64,000 bases of DNA from Balanoglossus misakiensis (lineage: Eukaryota; Animalia; Hemichordata): positions 7,071,129 to 7,135,128 of the forward strand of contig CM082576.2 of assembly GCA_040954595.2 (NCBI GenBank), written 5' to 3'. The notes under the pieces are model-generated. The model did no database searches and had not been told where the DNA came from. It saw only the letters and a list, made by a program, of their open reading frames with translations. Below are positions 1 through 12,650 of this stretch, piece by piece. The translations under genes were made by a program, and so were the position numbers. How positions within the stretch are numbered: position 1 is the first letter of the stretch; every line of letters begins with the position of its first letter.

Positions 1-56
1 TATGTAACACCTGAAAAACGCATAAAGAGCTTCCTTTGAGCCTTTGATATTGTAAA

Positions 57-3000
57 ATGCTACCCTGTTCGCCAACACGTGCGTTCAAGTCGCATGTACG
101 TATCCTTGCATTGACCTTCCTGTCACCCCATTTACAGCGACGAGGGTTTTATTTTGGTAGACTTTCGCACACATTTACAACTTATCCCCGGTCGAGAGTG
201 GCAATAATTGAGCGGACAATTGCTCCAGAAATTAGGACGATCAATGTAGCTACTTGGATTGACAGTCGAAATTACTCGTCCGGCCAAATCCCCGGGACCA
301 AAATAATTCCGAAAAGCGAGAAGAAAGTCTTGTTTGGTGAAAAACCTGTATCGCAGAAGCCTAAGAAGTATAAGAAAGCTCTTGATCCGGCGAAAATTGG
401 AAAAGGGAAATCAGTGAAAGTCGTCGATATAAAGAAAAGCATGACTATTCGAGAACTGTCAACAGCAATGGGGGTTGAGGAAGGTAAGCGAACGAAAGTC
501 GACTCAGTTTTACTGGTAAATTAAAAGTCAATTGAATTTAAGGAATTGATCGACCATTTCAAGCACTGTAAATGAAAAACAAGATTAGCTATTTTAAGTG
601 CCTATTTCAAATGAGATAACTTTACAAAGCAATACAAACTCTCAAAGTTACACTCTAATTTCTCACTCACTTCCTCTATTTCTTTCTAGATCATGTATAT
701 GAAGCTATTTTATTGCGAAAAGATGCTGATAATTTCGACCTTGAACCAGAAACAGGTGAGAATTTACTATACATGTATTTATCCAAAGATAAAAGTTAAG
801 AATAAGATTAATTTACAACATTGATAGCAAAAGAGAGCAAGCATGCCAGGTGTTATAAAACTTGTGACACATAATTTTCACAGCGCTTGATGAGCCAGTT
901 ATAATTAATATCATCAAAAATTCTGGAATGCGATATCAGTATGCCAAACTACGAGAAGAAAAACCAAGAGAAAACAAAGATGTCTTCAAAAGGTACAGTT
1001 GTTTTATTTAGTGTCATTTCCAACTTAAGAATAAAAATCTCTATTCAGATGATGCAAATTAAAGGAATACAATCAGTTCGAATTTACATATGCCCTTATA
1101 TGGTCAAAAGGACATGTCTAAGTTTTCAAATGGCCATTGATTGGCTGGTTGTCACTTTTCATGGTGACCTTAACAGTACACCCATTGTCTTTCTGCTATA
1201 TAGGCCAGCTGCAGACCCGTCCTTACTCATCGGTCGTCCCCCTGTTGTGACGGTGATGGGGCACGTAGATCACGGCAAAACCTCACTCCTCGATACTCTG
1301 AGGAAAACATCTGTTGCTGCTGGCGAAGCAGGGGGAATAACGCAACACATTGGGGCATTTTCAGGTAATAAATAAAGTTGACATGTTCTCATGATTTTGT
1401 GCATGGAGAAAATCTCAAAGTCCCAATGCAGCTATTTACATGAGTTCAGATTTAGTTAAGAATTTGATAGTTTTTGATGTCAACTTGACAAATCACAAAT
1501 CATAGATGCATGTATACAGCTTTTTTCTGTCAGATCCGGTGAGATATAAATTGTCTTTTTTTTTACATTACAGTGCAATTGTCATCTGGAGAGGTCATAA
1601 CATTTTTAGACACTCCAGGCCATGCAGCGTTCTCAGCAATGAGGGCTAGGGGAGCTCATGTGACTGACATCATAGTACTAGTGGTAGCAGCTGATGATGG
1701 TGTGATGAAACAAACCATTGAATCCATACACCATGCAGGTGATGCAAAGGGTGAGTTGGTATAGATAAGAGTAGTGATGATAGTGGACTGGACACATTTT
1801 GGGATCAGAAATCTGGTAAACCTGACTTTCTCATTTCATTCCTTCAAATCCCAGAAAAAAATTTCTGCAGGCTGTTATAACTTCTTCATGGGGGTCTGTA
1901 TTTTCTCTTTTTCAGTGCCAATTATTGTCGCAATTAACAAAATAGACAAGTCGGATGCTGACCCTGTAAGTTTTATGGAATTCTATTTGTTCACACTGAT
2001 AATTTTCATTAGGTGCATATTGCATAGACACCCCTTTTCTGTACAACAAATTTAAAGACTTCAGAAGGAGTCACACCTACCAGATATTGGTGTATGGTGG
2101 TTGCCATAGTGATGTCACTTCACTACATTATTTTCATGCAGTCAGTATTCCTCCAAATGCTCATTTCCTAATACGTGGTGAACACTGATTTGTTTTGGCA
2201 GGACTTCACAAAGAAAGATCTGCTGGGCCATGGTATCCACATTGAAGAACTTGGAGGTGACATACAAGCTGTAGAGATCTCTGCAGTGCAGGTAAATATA
2301 CAGACAACTCATTCAATTTTTGAGATTATTACATTTGCAATTCAACTCAGAATACTAGTAGGTACTAAGTTCTTTTTCGTAGTTGTCTGTACTATCTCTC
2401 ATAATGTAAAATGTGCATTCCAAGCCATACAAAACTCACAGTTGCTGCCTTGAGAAAATTCATATATTCTAAGACTCGTTGTGACTTGTATGTGTTTGCT
2501 TTCAGGGGACCAACATTGATGTTCTGACGGAGTGTATCGTAGCCCAGGCTGAAATGATGGAGTTAAAAGCTGATAGAACTGGTCTTGTCGAAGGAACGGT
2601 GTTGGAATCAAAAGTTGATAAAGGCAAAGGGTAAGTGTAAAGATCAGTGTCAGTCACAACTTGACTGGTAAATTGAATCAAAAGGTCATTTGTTCTGTAT
2701 ACTGCAGTCAGTATCAAAGGTTCATTCATTGTTATTTCTTAAAGGCCGGTATCAACCGCCTTGATTCAGAGAGGTGTCTTGAAGAAAGGCGCCATCTTGG
2801 TAGCGGGGACGGCTTGGGGCAAAGTTCGTGCCATGTTCTCGGAGCAGAACCAGCAAATAAATGAAGCGCCACCAAGCACACCCGTAGAAATCATCGGATG
2901 GAAGGAACTGCCGTCTGCTGGAGAAGAGATCCTGCAAGTTGAATCAGAGGTAACGTTAAACCTTTTGTTTTTCAGTGATAACATCAGCAGACGAAAGTTA

Positions 3001-4982
3001 TCATGGAAATAATCTTCCCTGCCTGCCACCTACATATGACGAGGTCAGACTTGTGGACACTCATTTACGGTACCACGCAGCTGTATGCTCACTCAGACAA
3101 ATTTGTATTTCTCCCAATTTTTCTAGAAAAAAGCCCGGGAAGTCGCAGAGTGGAGAAAGGAAGAGAAAAAATACCAGAAACTGTCAGAGGATAAGGAAGT
3201 CATCGACCAAAAAGCGGAGGAGCAGAAGAAGGCCCACACTCAGAAGATGTTAGCCAAGAGTAAAATGCATTGGCGGGATTTCCGACAATTGCAGGAAGAA
3301 TTGAAGAAGAAAATGTTGGAAGAGGAGAAATCTGGAGGAAGTGAACCACAACTCAATGTAGTCATTAAAGGTGGGTCACACGATCTTCAGTTGCAATGTA
3401 GATCAGAAATTGATAGATTTTCAGACATGCTGCTATTTGTACTACTATGGGGTGGGGGGGGGGGGGGGTCAGAAATGTAGCTTCATCTAAACTGTCACAA
3501 CATGTACATTGGGATATTATTTTTGTAACGTTTTAGAATTCTGTAGAATTACTAAATACACAAAAACATGTACTGGGATTGCCCTCTTAAAATCAACACA
3601 ACAATTTCACAAAACCTTGTGCTCTTTCACATGTACAGGTGACGTTGATGGGTCAATAGAGGCACTGCTGGATGTCTTAAACACCTACCACAATGAGCAG
3701 TGCAAGCTACAAATCGTACACTGTGGTGTCGGCATGGTTACTGTCAAAGATGTTGAAATGGCTGAAACTTTTGAAGGTAGTGTGACATCATTCATTATCA
3801 CCTTGAACTTGACCTGTGTCATTGAACTCCAAGGCGTCCCTCCTTCAGCTTAGTTAGTTTGCTGGCCATGCTTTTAGAAATAAAGAACTTCTATAGTGTT
3901 GATCTTAGTAGTAATCAGTGTATATATCATGATGTATGTATGTACCACACTCTCTTTGGAGTTCAGTATTCTACCAAAAACAAAGTATTATGTTTCTGCT
4001 AATGTTTGTAGAGAATTAGCGAGTGTTTGATGGCAATTCACTTCCTAATCTTGTTTTGTCTTTTCAGGAACTGTAATAGGTTTCCATGTTGACGTGCACC
4101 CCAAAGCCGAGACTCTTGCCAAGAAGAAAGGGATTCCCATCAAGTTACACAAGATCATTTATAAACTGTTGGACGATCTGAAAGTGGAATTGTCTTCCAA
4201 ACTGCCTCCCACCACGGAATATAATGTGATAGGTGAGTTTGAGATGAAAACCACAGTGTGCACAGATAACACTGAATGATGTCTGGTCTGGTAACAATTC
4301 AAGAACGGTTGACCAATGACACACTCATTATGCTCATCACCTGACATTGATGTGACCAATCATAGCGCAGGAAATTGGTGGAGCATTTGGCAATGTAGTT
4401 TTAGTTAGGTGGAACAATGGTGTAGGGTTTATTACACATGTCAGTACAGAAAAATGAGTTCCACACTCAAGTCATTTGAACCGTACTGAATTGAATTTTG
4501 TGCGGTCTTTGTTACAAGGTGAGGCCAACCTGCTGCAAGTGTTCTACGTGACAGAAGGCAAGAAGAAAGTTGCTGTGGCCGGTTGCCGGGCGACCAAGGG
4601 AAATCTGCTGAGGAACGAACACTATCAGATCATCAGGGGAAGACACACGATATTTGAAGGTAGGAAAAAAAGTATGGAATAAGAGCAAACAAAGATCTCA
4701 GGAAAAGGTTGATATTGTTGGATTTTCTCATGGTAGAAGTCAGATATTATGGTGTGTTGTCACTGCCTGTCAGGGTTCTTCAGCTCACAAGAACGTTTTA
4801 TACTTCCAGGTTCTCTGACTTCTATGAAGCACCTGAAAGACAGCGTCAACACCATTGGCAAAGGCATGGAATGCGGACTGAGTTTTGATGATGAGGATGT
4901 TGACCTGAGGCCAGGTGACCTCATTCAGTGCTGTGAGGTGGTTGAAGTGCCACAAGCAATTGACTGGGACCCAGGATTTTGA
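57..4982 (+). CDS. MTIF2: Mitochondrial translation initiation factor IF-2 (14 coding exons)
   Basis: GT-AG exons approx. 57-483, 690-755, 884-992, 1204-1364, 1574-1750, 1916-1965, 2202-2291, 2506-2630, 2745-2949, 3127-3370, 3639-3776, 4068-4232, 4519-4659, 4810-4982. IF2 GTPase motifs [55 protein letters not shown]; also [24 protein letters not shown]. Arg/Ser-rich N-terminus resembles a mitochondrial targeting peptide. Confidence 0.96.
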
Positions 4983-5470
4983 TTGTGTTCCTTATAATTA
5001 TAGGAAATTTATGAAATTTTTATTGGGGTGCGTGCTGATAAAACCAGTAATTGGAAGCTGCTGTTATCATTGAAGAATGTGAAGGTGTATACCTTGAGCT
5101 GGCCAGGCTACACAGACAGCAAAGAAACATAAAAAGCTGTCCAAAGCATATGAGGGTAGTATTCTGCATTGGACAGCCAAGAAGACTGGAAAATCATACT
5201 GAAGAATGTATGGACAAACAAACATAGCAAAACTATGTTGTAATGAAAATGATTTCGAAATTGTGTGAGTAGACAAGATATGCAGTAAAGGGAATTTATT
5301 GAATTACAAATAAATACATAGATCTCTTTGCTATGTATTATTTTTATAGAGCCTTCGCGTGTGAATTTTTCGCATTGTTTTATTGACTCGCGCATTTTGC
5401 AAAACAGCGCCATCTACCGTTTGATGTTTGCCACTTTATTGTCATTGAATGTGTGGGCTGTGTGCAGGAT

Positions 5471-5543
5471 AGACTGACAGATTCAGTCGTAAAAGGGTCA
5501 TAGGCACGCCGGAACGCCCGCACACGACTGAATCTTTCAATCT
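5471..5543. repeat. Short inverted repeat (20-bp arms, 33-bp spacer), possible mini-MITE
   Basis: agactgacagattcagtcgt (5471-5490) vs acgactgaatctttcaatct (5524-5543): 18/20 reverse-complement match. Confidence 0.6.
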
Positions 5544-5900
5544 TGGAGCGGGACGGCTCGATTTAAAATTGTAACGCTGGATATAAAATTCAAGTCCTCT
5601 ATAAAACAATCTTGACAAACAAAATTGAAGTCAGGAATTGTGAACAACATTTTAATGAACAATATTGGCATTAACGTGGATTGTCTGTTCTAAAAGTAAA
5701 ACTGGATATTCTAACCTGTCCCAATTATCTACATTTTCGTTTATTGTCGGAGTGTGTACTGTCGTTTGTGGTTGTTGCTGTTTGACTGATGTTTTTAGAC
5801 CTTTCACCCCGGGAACGTCACATGGTTACCACTGCACTGACGCGTGCATCCCTCATGCCTTAACCAGGCAGTCAACATAGTGAATGTCGTAAACACATAT

Positions 5901-6525
5901 TTAAGGTAGCTTATGAAGTTCGTGACAACATGTTTTTATCTCAACTTTCTTGACAAGAAAGACCTATATATCAACAAAGAGTTCTTTCTATACATTTTAT
6001 TCCCATGTCATAAAAAATTGAATTGCCCCAGCCATAGATTAATTCTGCCTTGTGTCTTAAAAGACTAAGATAGGAAAATTTATGCCTATGCCTACTTGAA
6101 AAAAGGTTCCGGTCCCCTTGAGTAGGCGATGGTCGTTAAAAAAAACCCACATTGAAACAAACATGTGTCTCACAGCCATCAATCGAATTAAAAAAACAAC
6201 GTTTTCGTCTTATTTCATTTAAATTGCGATGCGATAATTATAATTCCAAGATACGTTTTTGAGAACACATTTTCAGTATGACTCTATTTAGAAAGCAAAT
6301 GAACATGACAAAATGTATTTAAAAAAAGGCTAATTAAAGACTTAAAGTTGCCGTACACTTTTCTATAAACACAATTTTTAAAAGACGGACATGTCTTTTT
6401 CATTTTTAATGAATTGTCATCTCTCGAAACCACGAAAAAGGAGTACATCGAATCAGGAAAAGGTATACGTAATTTTTCGGAAATTTTGAACGAACTGCAC
6501 TCGCGAACCTCACAAGTTACCTCAA
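5901..6525. mobile_element. Degenerate non-autonomous TIR element with TTAA-type ends (Kolobok-like MITE)
   Basis: Left end ttaaggtagcttatgaagttcgtga (5901-5925). Right end 6501-6525 reverse-complements to ttgaggtaacttgtgaggttcgcga: 20/25 match, all mismatches transitions. No coding capacity inside. Confidence 0.55.
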
Positions 6526-9106
6526 GGCACATGCAAGAACTCCCTGCTTGTGCGTAAAGTTATCGTCAAAAGCACACGGGTGGTCACATCAGGGGTAACA
6601 ATGTTCACCTGACTGTATTTGAGTGAGATCCGTATCGAAAGACAAATATTCTTTTCTTGACAAAAGAAGGTTATTCGGTCAGAGAATTTTGCCGAACACG
6701 ATTTATCCCCATCAGTCACTAAAAGTCGGCAAGCATGCACTGTCCACTAAACAATCTCGTGATCTTATATTGCACCTGCATATCTTCTGTCAGTCTATCG
6801 TTCGTGATTTTGCAGTGTCATGCCGGACTCGACTCTTGGGGGCGGGTGCTCTGTTAGAGGTGACCGTCCTTTTCGTGACCCAGGCGCGAGACATGACCTC
6901 ATATAGTCATGTCCCCGGTGCGTGATAATCATCATGCGATCACCTCTCTGGGGTTTATAATGCATGCGCTGCAATGATTTTGCAATGTCATAACGAATTC
7001 AATTTTCTGAAAATTGATGTATGGGGTGACCGTTCTTTTGGTGATCCGGGCTCGACGCATGACCTCCTGGTCATTTCTCGACAAGAACGTTAATATTAAT
7101 TACTTTTTGGTAATTTTTGCATATTTATGTGTTGTACTAACCTATTGTTTCATTCTGCTTCCCAATATTGATATGTTTACATATCTTATGACATTTCTGG
7201 CGAAAGAAAAATCCACTCGTTTGTGAATAAGTCGGCATGGCTTGCTTGTTTGAATAACAAACAACGAGTCAGTGGCTTGAGAATGTTTAATCTCGAGTAG
7301 AACAGCAGCATAAGTCTTCTTTAATAACGCACTTCAGGCAGTTGTATTTGATTTATTTATCGATCTGTTAACACCCTTTGTAATTTACAGGTAATTGTGC
7401 TTCTTTTTATGGGACAACTTATTCTAATACTTGACCCACTGTGGGACATGTTTGACGTTAACAAGTGATTGTGCGGGGCCCTTTTTTTCTAAACCGACAT
7501 TCCGTCATACCAACACAATTTTGTCATGCACCGAAAAATTACAGGAAACTTAATCGATGTGATTGAAGAATTTATCCCCCCCCCCATGAAGAACATCATG
7601 CAAAAAAAAAAAGAGAAAAAATCGAGATCGCATAACGCTACTGGTCGACGTGATCGCTTTCAAACTTCAGGATTACAGAAATACACCCGACGTAACAATA
7701 TTTTATGGTATTACGAATACAACTATCATGGGTAGTACTATATGCTGGTGTACACTGGTCCAATTCATTGTTATAAAAAGTGACGAAAGATTGCGTCTAT
7801 GTTATAAAAAACGGTTTATTCATGTTGAGAAAAATGATAAGAATTTCTACAGAATCATGTGCATGTGAAACCTTCGGAGGTCTGTCGCCTTGACGGGACA
7901 ATTCTCAGATAATCACCGTGGGTTACACGGATGGATGTAAGTCTTACACAATAAAGGTTAACCTGACTGTGCTGCAGGCGCCATGATAGCAACAGGCCGT
8001 GAGATTTCGGCTGAATTCTAACTTGAGATGTACCAAAAATATCGAGACAAGATTATAATTGAAGGCTTTATTCCCTGATAAATATGTATTGAAGGCCGCA
8101 TTCCTATAATAAGTACTAGTAGATTGGATAACATTTCTTAATTGATGCAAATTCTCTGTTTGTCACACGACACGGCTACAGGAGTCACTCGTACTAAGAG
8201 TCATTGTGACAGCCGCTGTCATGGGAACGCTTCTAGTTTGCATGCTGATCGGCCGCTCTGACCGACGAAACGGAATCGATGAAACGAGAGTGTCAAGTTG
8301 GTTATTATGGGCAGTGATAAAAAATTGCCCGAGACAACTGCGCTGATTGGTACCGCCCACAGCGACGGAACCACCATAAAAGTTGAAGAGGGGTGAAGGA
8401 CGGCAACTGTAACCCTTTTTTGTAATTTAGCCAGTATTTCCCTCCGTGTATAGCAGCTCCTTTTTCTTTCTTCTCCCCCCGGGCAGTTGAAGTGTCCCGG
8501 CGTCCAGATTGGCGGTACGTGCACATCGTGTAGGCCCATTGAAACTCTGCACTGTGTTGGCAGGGGCGGGACTTTCAGTCCGGACACGAATAAAAGACTC
8601 GAGAATCGTACCATGCTAAATAAGGGGGTGGGTCAAAAATAATCATTGCTGCGTGTACACAGAGTGAAAATACTGTCGGGACAATAATCAAACTTCATGC
8701 AGCATTTAAAGTGACAACATCACTGTTTCACTTTTGACGTTACTCTGGTCACACATTTGTGCGAGTTTAGCTATGATCATTGAAATGTGCCGAAAATTTA
8801 AGCGCGCAATTTCTCGTGTGTCGCGTATACACCAAGTTTCAGATCACAGAATGACACAATAAAACGACCAAAATAAATCAAAAGTTTGTGATTTTGTCAG
8901 TTTAATGCAAGGTAATCCTCACCGGAACCTTCAAGCGTCCCCGCCACTTGAAACGATTGAGATGTTTGTTATGAGTTAATCACGATCCATAAAAGAGCAA
9001 AGTTTTTGAAGGACTGTAGTGTTCGCGATTGAATATTGCAGGTTGCCTTTAAGTGCAACACCAAGACACGCATCGTTCATCGAAACCTGGAGACCGCCGG
9101 CCTGCT

Positions 9107-11381
9107 TCAATTAATCGACCAGAACAGACCGGACAAAAAGGCGAAAATCAACCCGGCTGTTGAAACGGCAACGGTGGTGCTCGCACTGGCAACGAATCCG
9201 TTGTTGGCGGCGATGGAGGCGTAAAATGTGGCGGACTCTTTCACCTGGCGCGGGCGATTGTCGTCAGTGAAGTCCACGTAGTGCATGCCGAAACGCTCAC
9301 TGTACCCAGCGGCCCATTCGAAGTTGTCCATCAGCGACCATGCCGTGTAGCCTTTGCAATTGGCTCCGTCGATTTTTACCGCTGAAACAAAAGAATACAA
9401 TTATTATGTCAATTTATTATGCCAAGTCCATTTCCATGCAGGAGCATGCATTACAACATCTTCCTGTATACCAAATGATTCGTACCGGTCACACGTTGCA
9501 TTATTGACACAGACAGTATGAGTATGGTAACTTTCGAATCAGGTGTAGGCCTATTCTTGGTATTTTCACCGTAGTGAAGCAAAACCTTTCAGAGACCCCG
9601 ATTTGGATGATCTGATGATGGTTGAGTATTATGGTGATGTTTACGAAGGGATGTTCGCTGTATATAAACTTTGGTACTTTCAGTATTCTAGTGTTTTAAA
9701 AATTACTATCTTATTGTTCTGCTATCCCGCTTGACAACGCGCGCCAGTAAAGACCAGGTACGTGTACTGCACAGTCGTGTTACGAGTGTGGCCGTCATTT
9801 GATTTTCAGAACCCTTTTTACCTTCGGACACTAAACCGTCGACAGGCCTGAGTGACATGGTAAATATAAGCTATAAAATACTGCGTGTTCCGACATGTTC
9901 TGGTGTAGTCGGACACGCAGAATGAGAACAGTTTGACAACATAAACTGTATACGCGCAACTGTTCCAATTTTTGTGTGAACTTTTTGAATTGATATTAAA
10001 GTTGTTCTAAGTTGTGATGCGTGATACAAATGTACAAATAATTACCTTTCAGTACTTCATTTATGTACGATTTGTAGTATTTTATCCTGTCTTCGTCACT
10101 CAAATCGTACACGTCTCTCGTCGACACGCCGTTTTCTGTGACATAGGACTCGATGCCGCCGTACTCCTTGTCAATCCAGACCAGAATCTGTCGGATTCCC
10201 CAAGGCACCGCTTGCAGCCAGCTGGAACCCGAGGCCGGCCATTCCGGTTCTTTCCATGTGGGAATGTTGCCATCTTTGCCCCAGTAAGGCGGAAGGCTGT
10301 AGTCGTCACTGTCTGCGTTGATCACGTAGTTTGAACTGTAGTGGTTCAGACCGAAGAAGTCGGACGTCTTCGCGTTGTAGGCCTTCTCTGTTTCTGTGAA
10401 TTCGGGCAACCGTGAGGTGGTGAAGTTCTGCTCCGCGCTGATATCGGCAATCCTTGTTTTCATGATCTCTGGGTAGTCGCCGTTTTTGAAGATCGGGTGC
10501 GCGAACCATCCCAGGGAGAACTGCATGGACTGCTCGGAGGCGGCAAGGTGGTCGGGATTGCTGCGATTGTACGGTTCGGCCCAGTCCGAGTTCAACGTGA
10601 TGCCGATTTTACCTTGTTGCGCACTTCTGTAGTTGTCGTCGTAGTTGTGCCAGGCCTTGGCGTGCGATTTGATGATGTTGTGGGCGACGACGTACGGCGT
10701 GGTTCCGGGATGCTGTATTCCGGGAGCGAACACCCCGCTTTCGTAACCAAGTAGGGCGACGATCCAGGGTTCGTTGAACGTGATCCAGTACTTGACTCGA
10801 TCACCGAACCTAGAGAAGCAGAGGTCCGCGTATTCATGAAAATCGTCGATTATACTTTCGTTCATCCAGCCACCGTAACTGTCGTGCAGAGCTTGGGGCA
10901 GGTCCCAGTGATAGAGGGTGACCATTGGCTGTATGTCGTTGGCCAAAAGTTCGTCGATCAGGTTGTTGTAATACTCTACACCTGGTTCGTTAACGGTACC
11001 ACTTCCCTGCGGCAAAACACGCGCCCAAGCGATGGAAAATCGGTAATAGTTCAGTCCCAAAGCTTTAATCAAAGCAGCGTCCTGTTTGTAGTTGTGGTAA
11101 CTATCACAGGCAACATCGCCGGTATCGTTATTATAGACGTGGCCGCCTTCATGAGTGAAGGTGTCCCAGATGCTGGGCCCTTTCCCGTCTGTGTCCCACG
11201 CTCCTTCAATCTGGTAACTCGACGTCGCGGAACTCCAGATGAAATCCTCCGGGAAAGTGTCGTAGTAGAGAGCGTCCCTTTCCGGGTCGTTGAAGACATC
11301 GTAAACGAACTCTGGATCAGCTGCAGAAGCGATCGCCAGAAAGAAGATGGCGCAGAAAGCGCTCTTCAGGAGAGGTGCCAT
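9107..11381 (-). CDS. GH1 beta-glucosidase / lactase-phlorizin hydrolase-like, copy 1 (2 exons)
   Basis: Exons 11381-10046 and 9381-9107. Signal peptide [20 protein letters not shown]; [26 protein letters not shown], catalytic TFNEP and [14 protein letters not shown]; hydrophobic C-terminal tail. Confidence 0.95.
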
Positions 11382-12118
11382 GGTGGTGGTGAAATGACCA
11401 AGAATAGTTCCCGCCAACAACTGACTTACCTAATAAAGGTGGTCTAACATAAGTTTATCATCTCATATAAATCAAGGTTGTTTGGGATTTTTCCATTCGA
11501 TAACGATGTTTGAATTGGGGCTCTTTGATTTGTCGCGCAAGCCCCTTCGAAATGATGCCACGCCCATGGACAGCCGCGCCTACAAGGGTGAACTTTGTAT
11601 GAAACGGGCCCGTTAATTAAAGTTGTACACCACGTCAGTCAGTTGCCCCAAGAATAAGAAACATTCAACCCACCACGCGGGTTTCAACAAATCGCTCATG
11701 TGGCAAATTTTTCACCCAAGAGAGCGATCTGTGGAAAGTAACACAACTCATGGAATCGCATGCGTGACATCTCGTCATCGTTGTGTAAGTTTTATCCAAC
11801 TTGAAGGACTCTGAAACCTCGGCGATAGAGGGTGTCTCAACCCTTCCAGAATCTCTGGCAGATTAACGTCACCCAAAGCGGACAACGCTGGGTCTACTAA
11901 GTGGACTGCCGCGTGTATTTGTGATGGATATAGGTGGCGGGTGACCGAGAAAGAGCAAAGCCTCCCACCCTCCCACCCATTTGCTTCTTTCCAGAAATAG
12001 GAAGTGAAGTAGGAAAATGTACGTCGCGTACAATTCCAAACTCTAAAGTGTCTCATGAAACGATCCTTTAATACGAGAGAAGGTGTTTGTGGTTTCAATT
12101 CATTTATTATTAAATATA

Positions 12119-12515
12119 TATTGTACACATGTCATGACAAAAAGCATCAACATATTTATAAAGTAAATGTGTATCTTCATTTGAATTCGTTACTTTTGCA
12201 ACCTGTACTTTGAACACGTCGTTTGAAAATGTCCATTACAATGTACCGCGGGTGAAGTAGCTGTTCTTGAGTTTTTTTGACATTTTTATAACTTTGTTTT
12301 GATTGGAAAAAACGACTATTGTACACATGTCATGACAAAAAGCATCAACATATTTATAAAGTAAATGTGTATCTTCATTTGAATTCGTTACTTTTGCAAC
12401 CTGTACTTTGAACACGTCGTTTGAAAATGTCCATTACAATGTACCGCGGGTGAAGTAGCTGTTCTTGAGTTTTTTTGACATTTTTATAACTTTGTTTTGA
12501 TTGGAAAAAACGACT
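12119..12515. repeat. Perfect 198-bp tandem duplication (2 copies)
   Basis: 12119-12316 repeated at 12317-12514 (tattgtacacatgtcatgacaaaaagc...gattggaaaaaacgac), no mismatch seen. Confidence 0.93.
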
Positions 12516-12650
12516 CAGAAAATTCTATTTATCACCTGATTCATCACTCAGTGGGCTAAACGATATAAATAACTTATCAAGAAAAGAGTAAATGAACCAA
12601 ACTCATGTCACGCCAAAAGTTACCGACTTCTCATGTTTAGCACCAAAATA

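Noticed and set aside
1769-1830. GTGATGA...CTGA in an MTIF2 intron as a possible C/D snoRNA
   Set aside because: Only about 52 nt box to box, weak terminal stem, no clear C'/D' boxes or recognisable guide.
4275-4348. ATGATGT...CTGA in an MTIF2 intron
   Set aside because: Non-canonical box C, no second copy and no known target; compatible with chance.
8163-8614. Overlapping 65-131 aa ORFs in a GC-richer intergenic patch
   Set aside because: No recognisable domain or splice-consistent gene structure.
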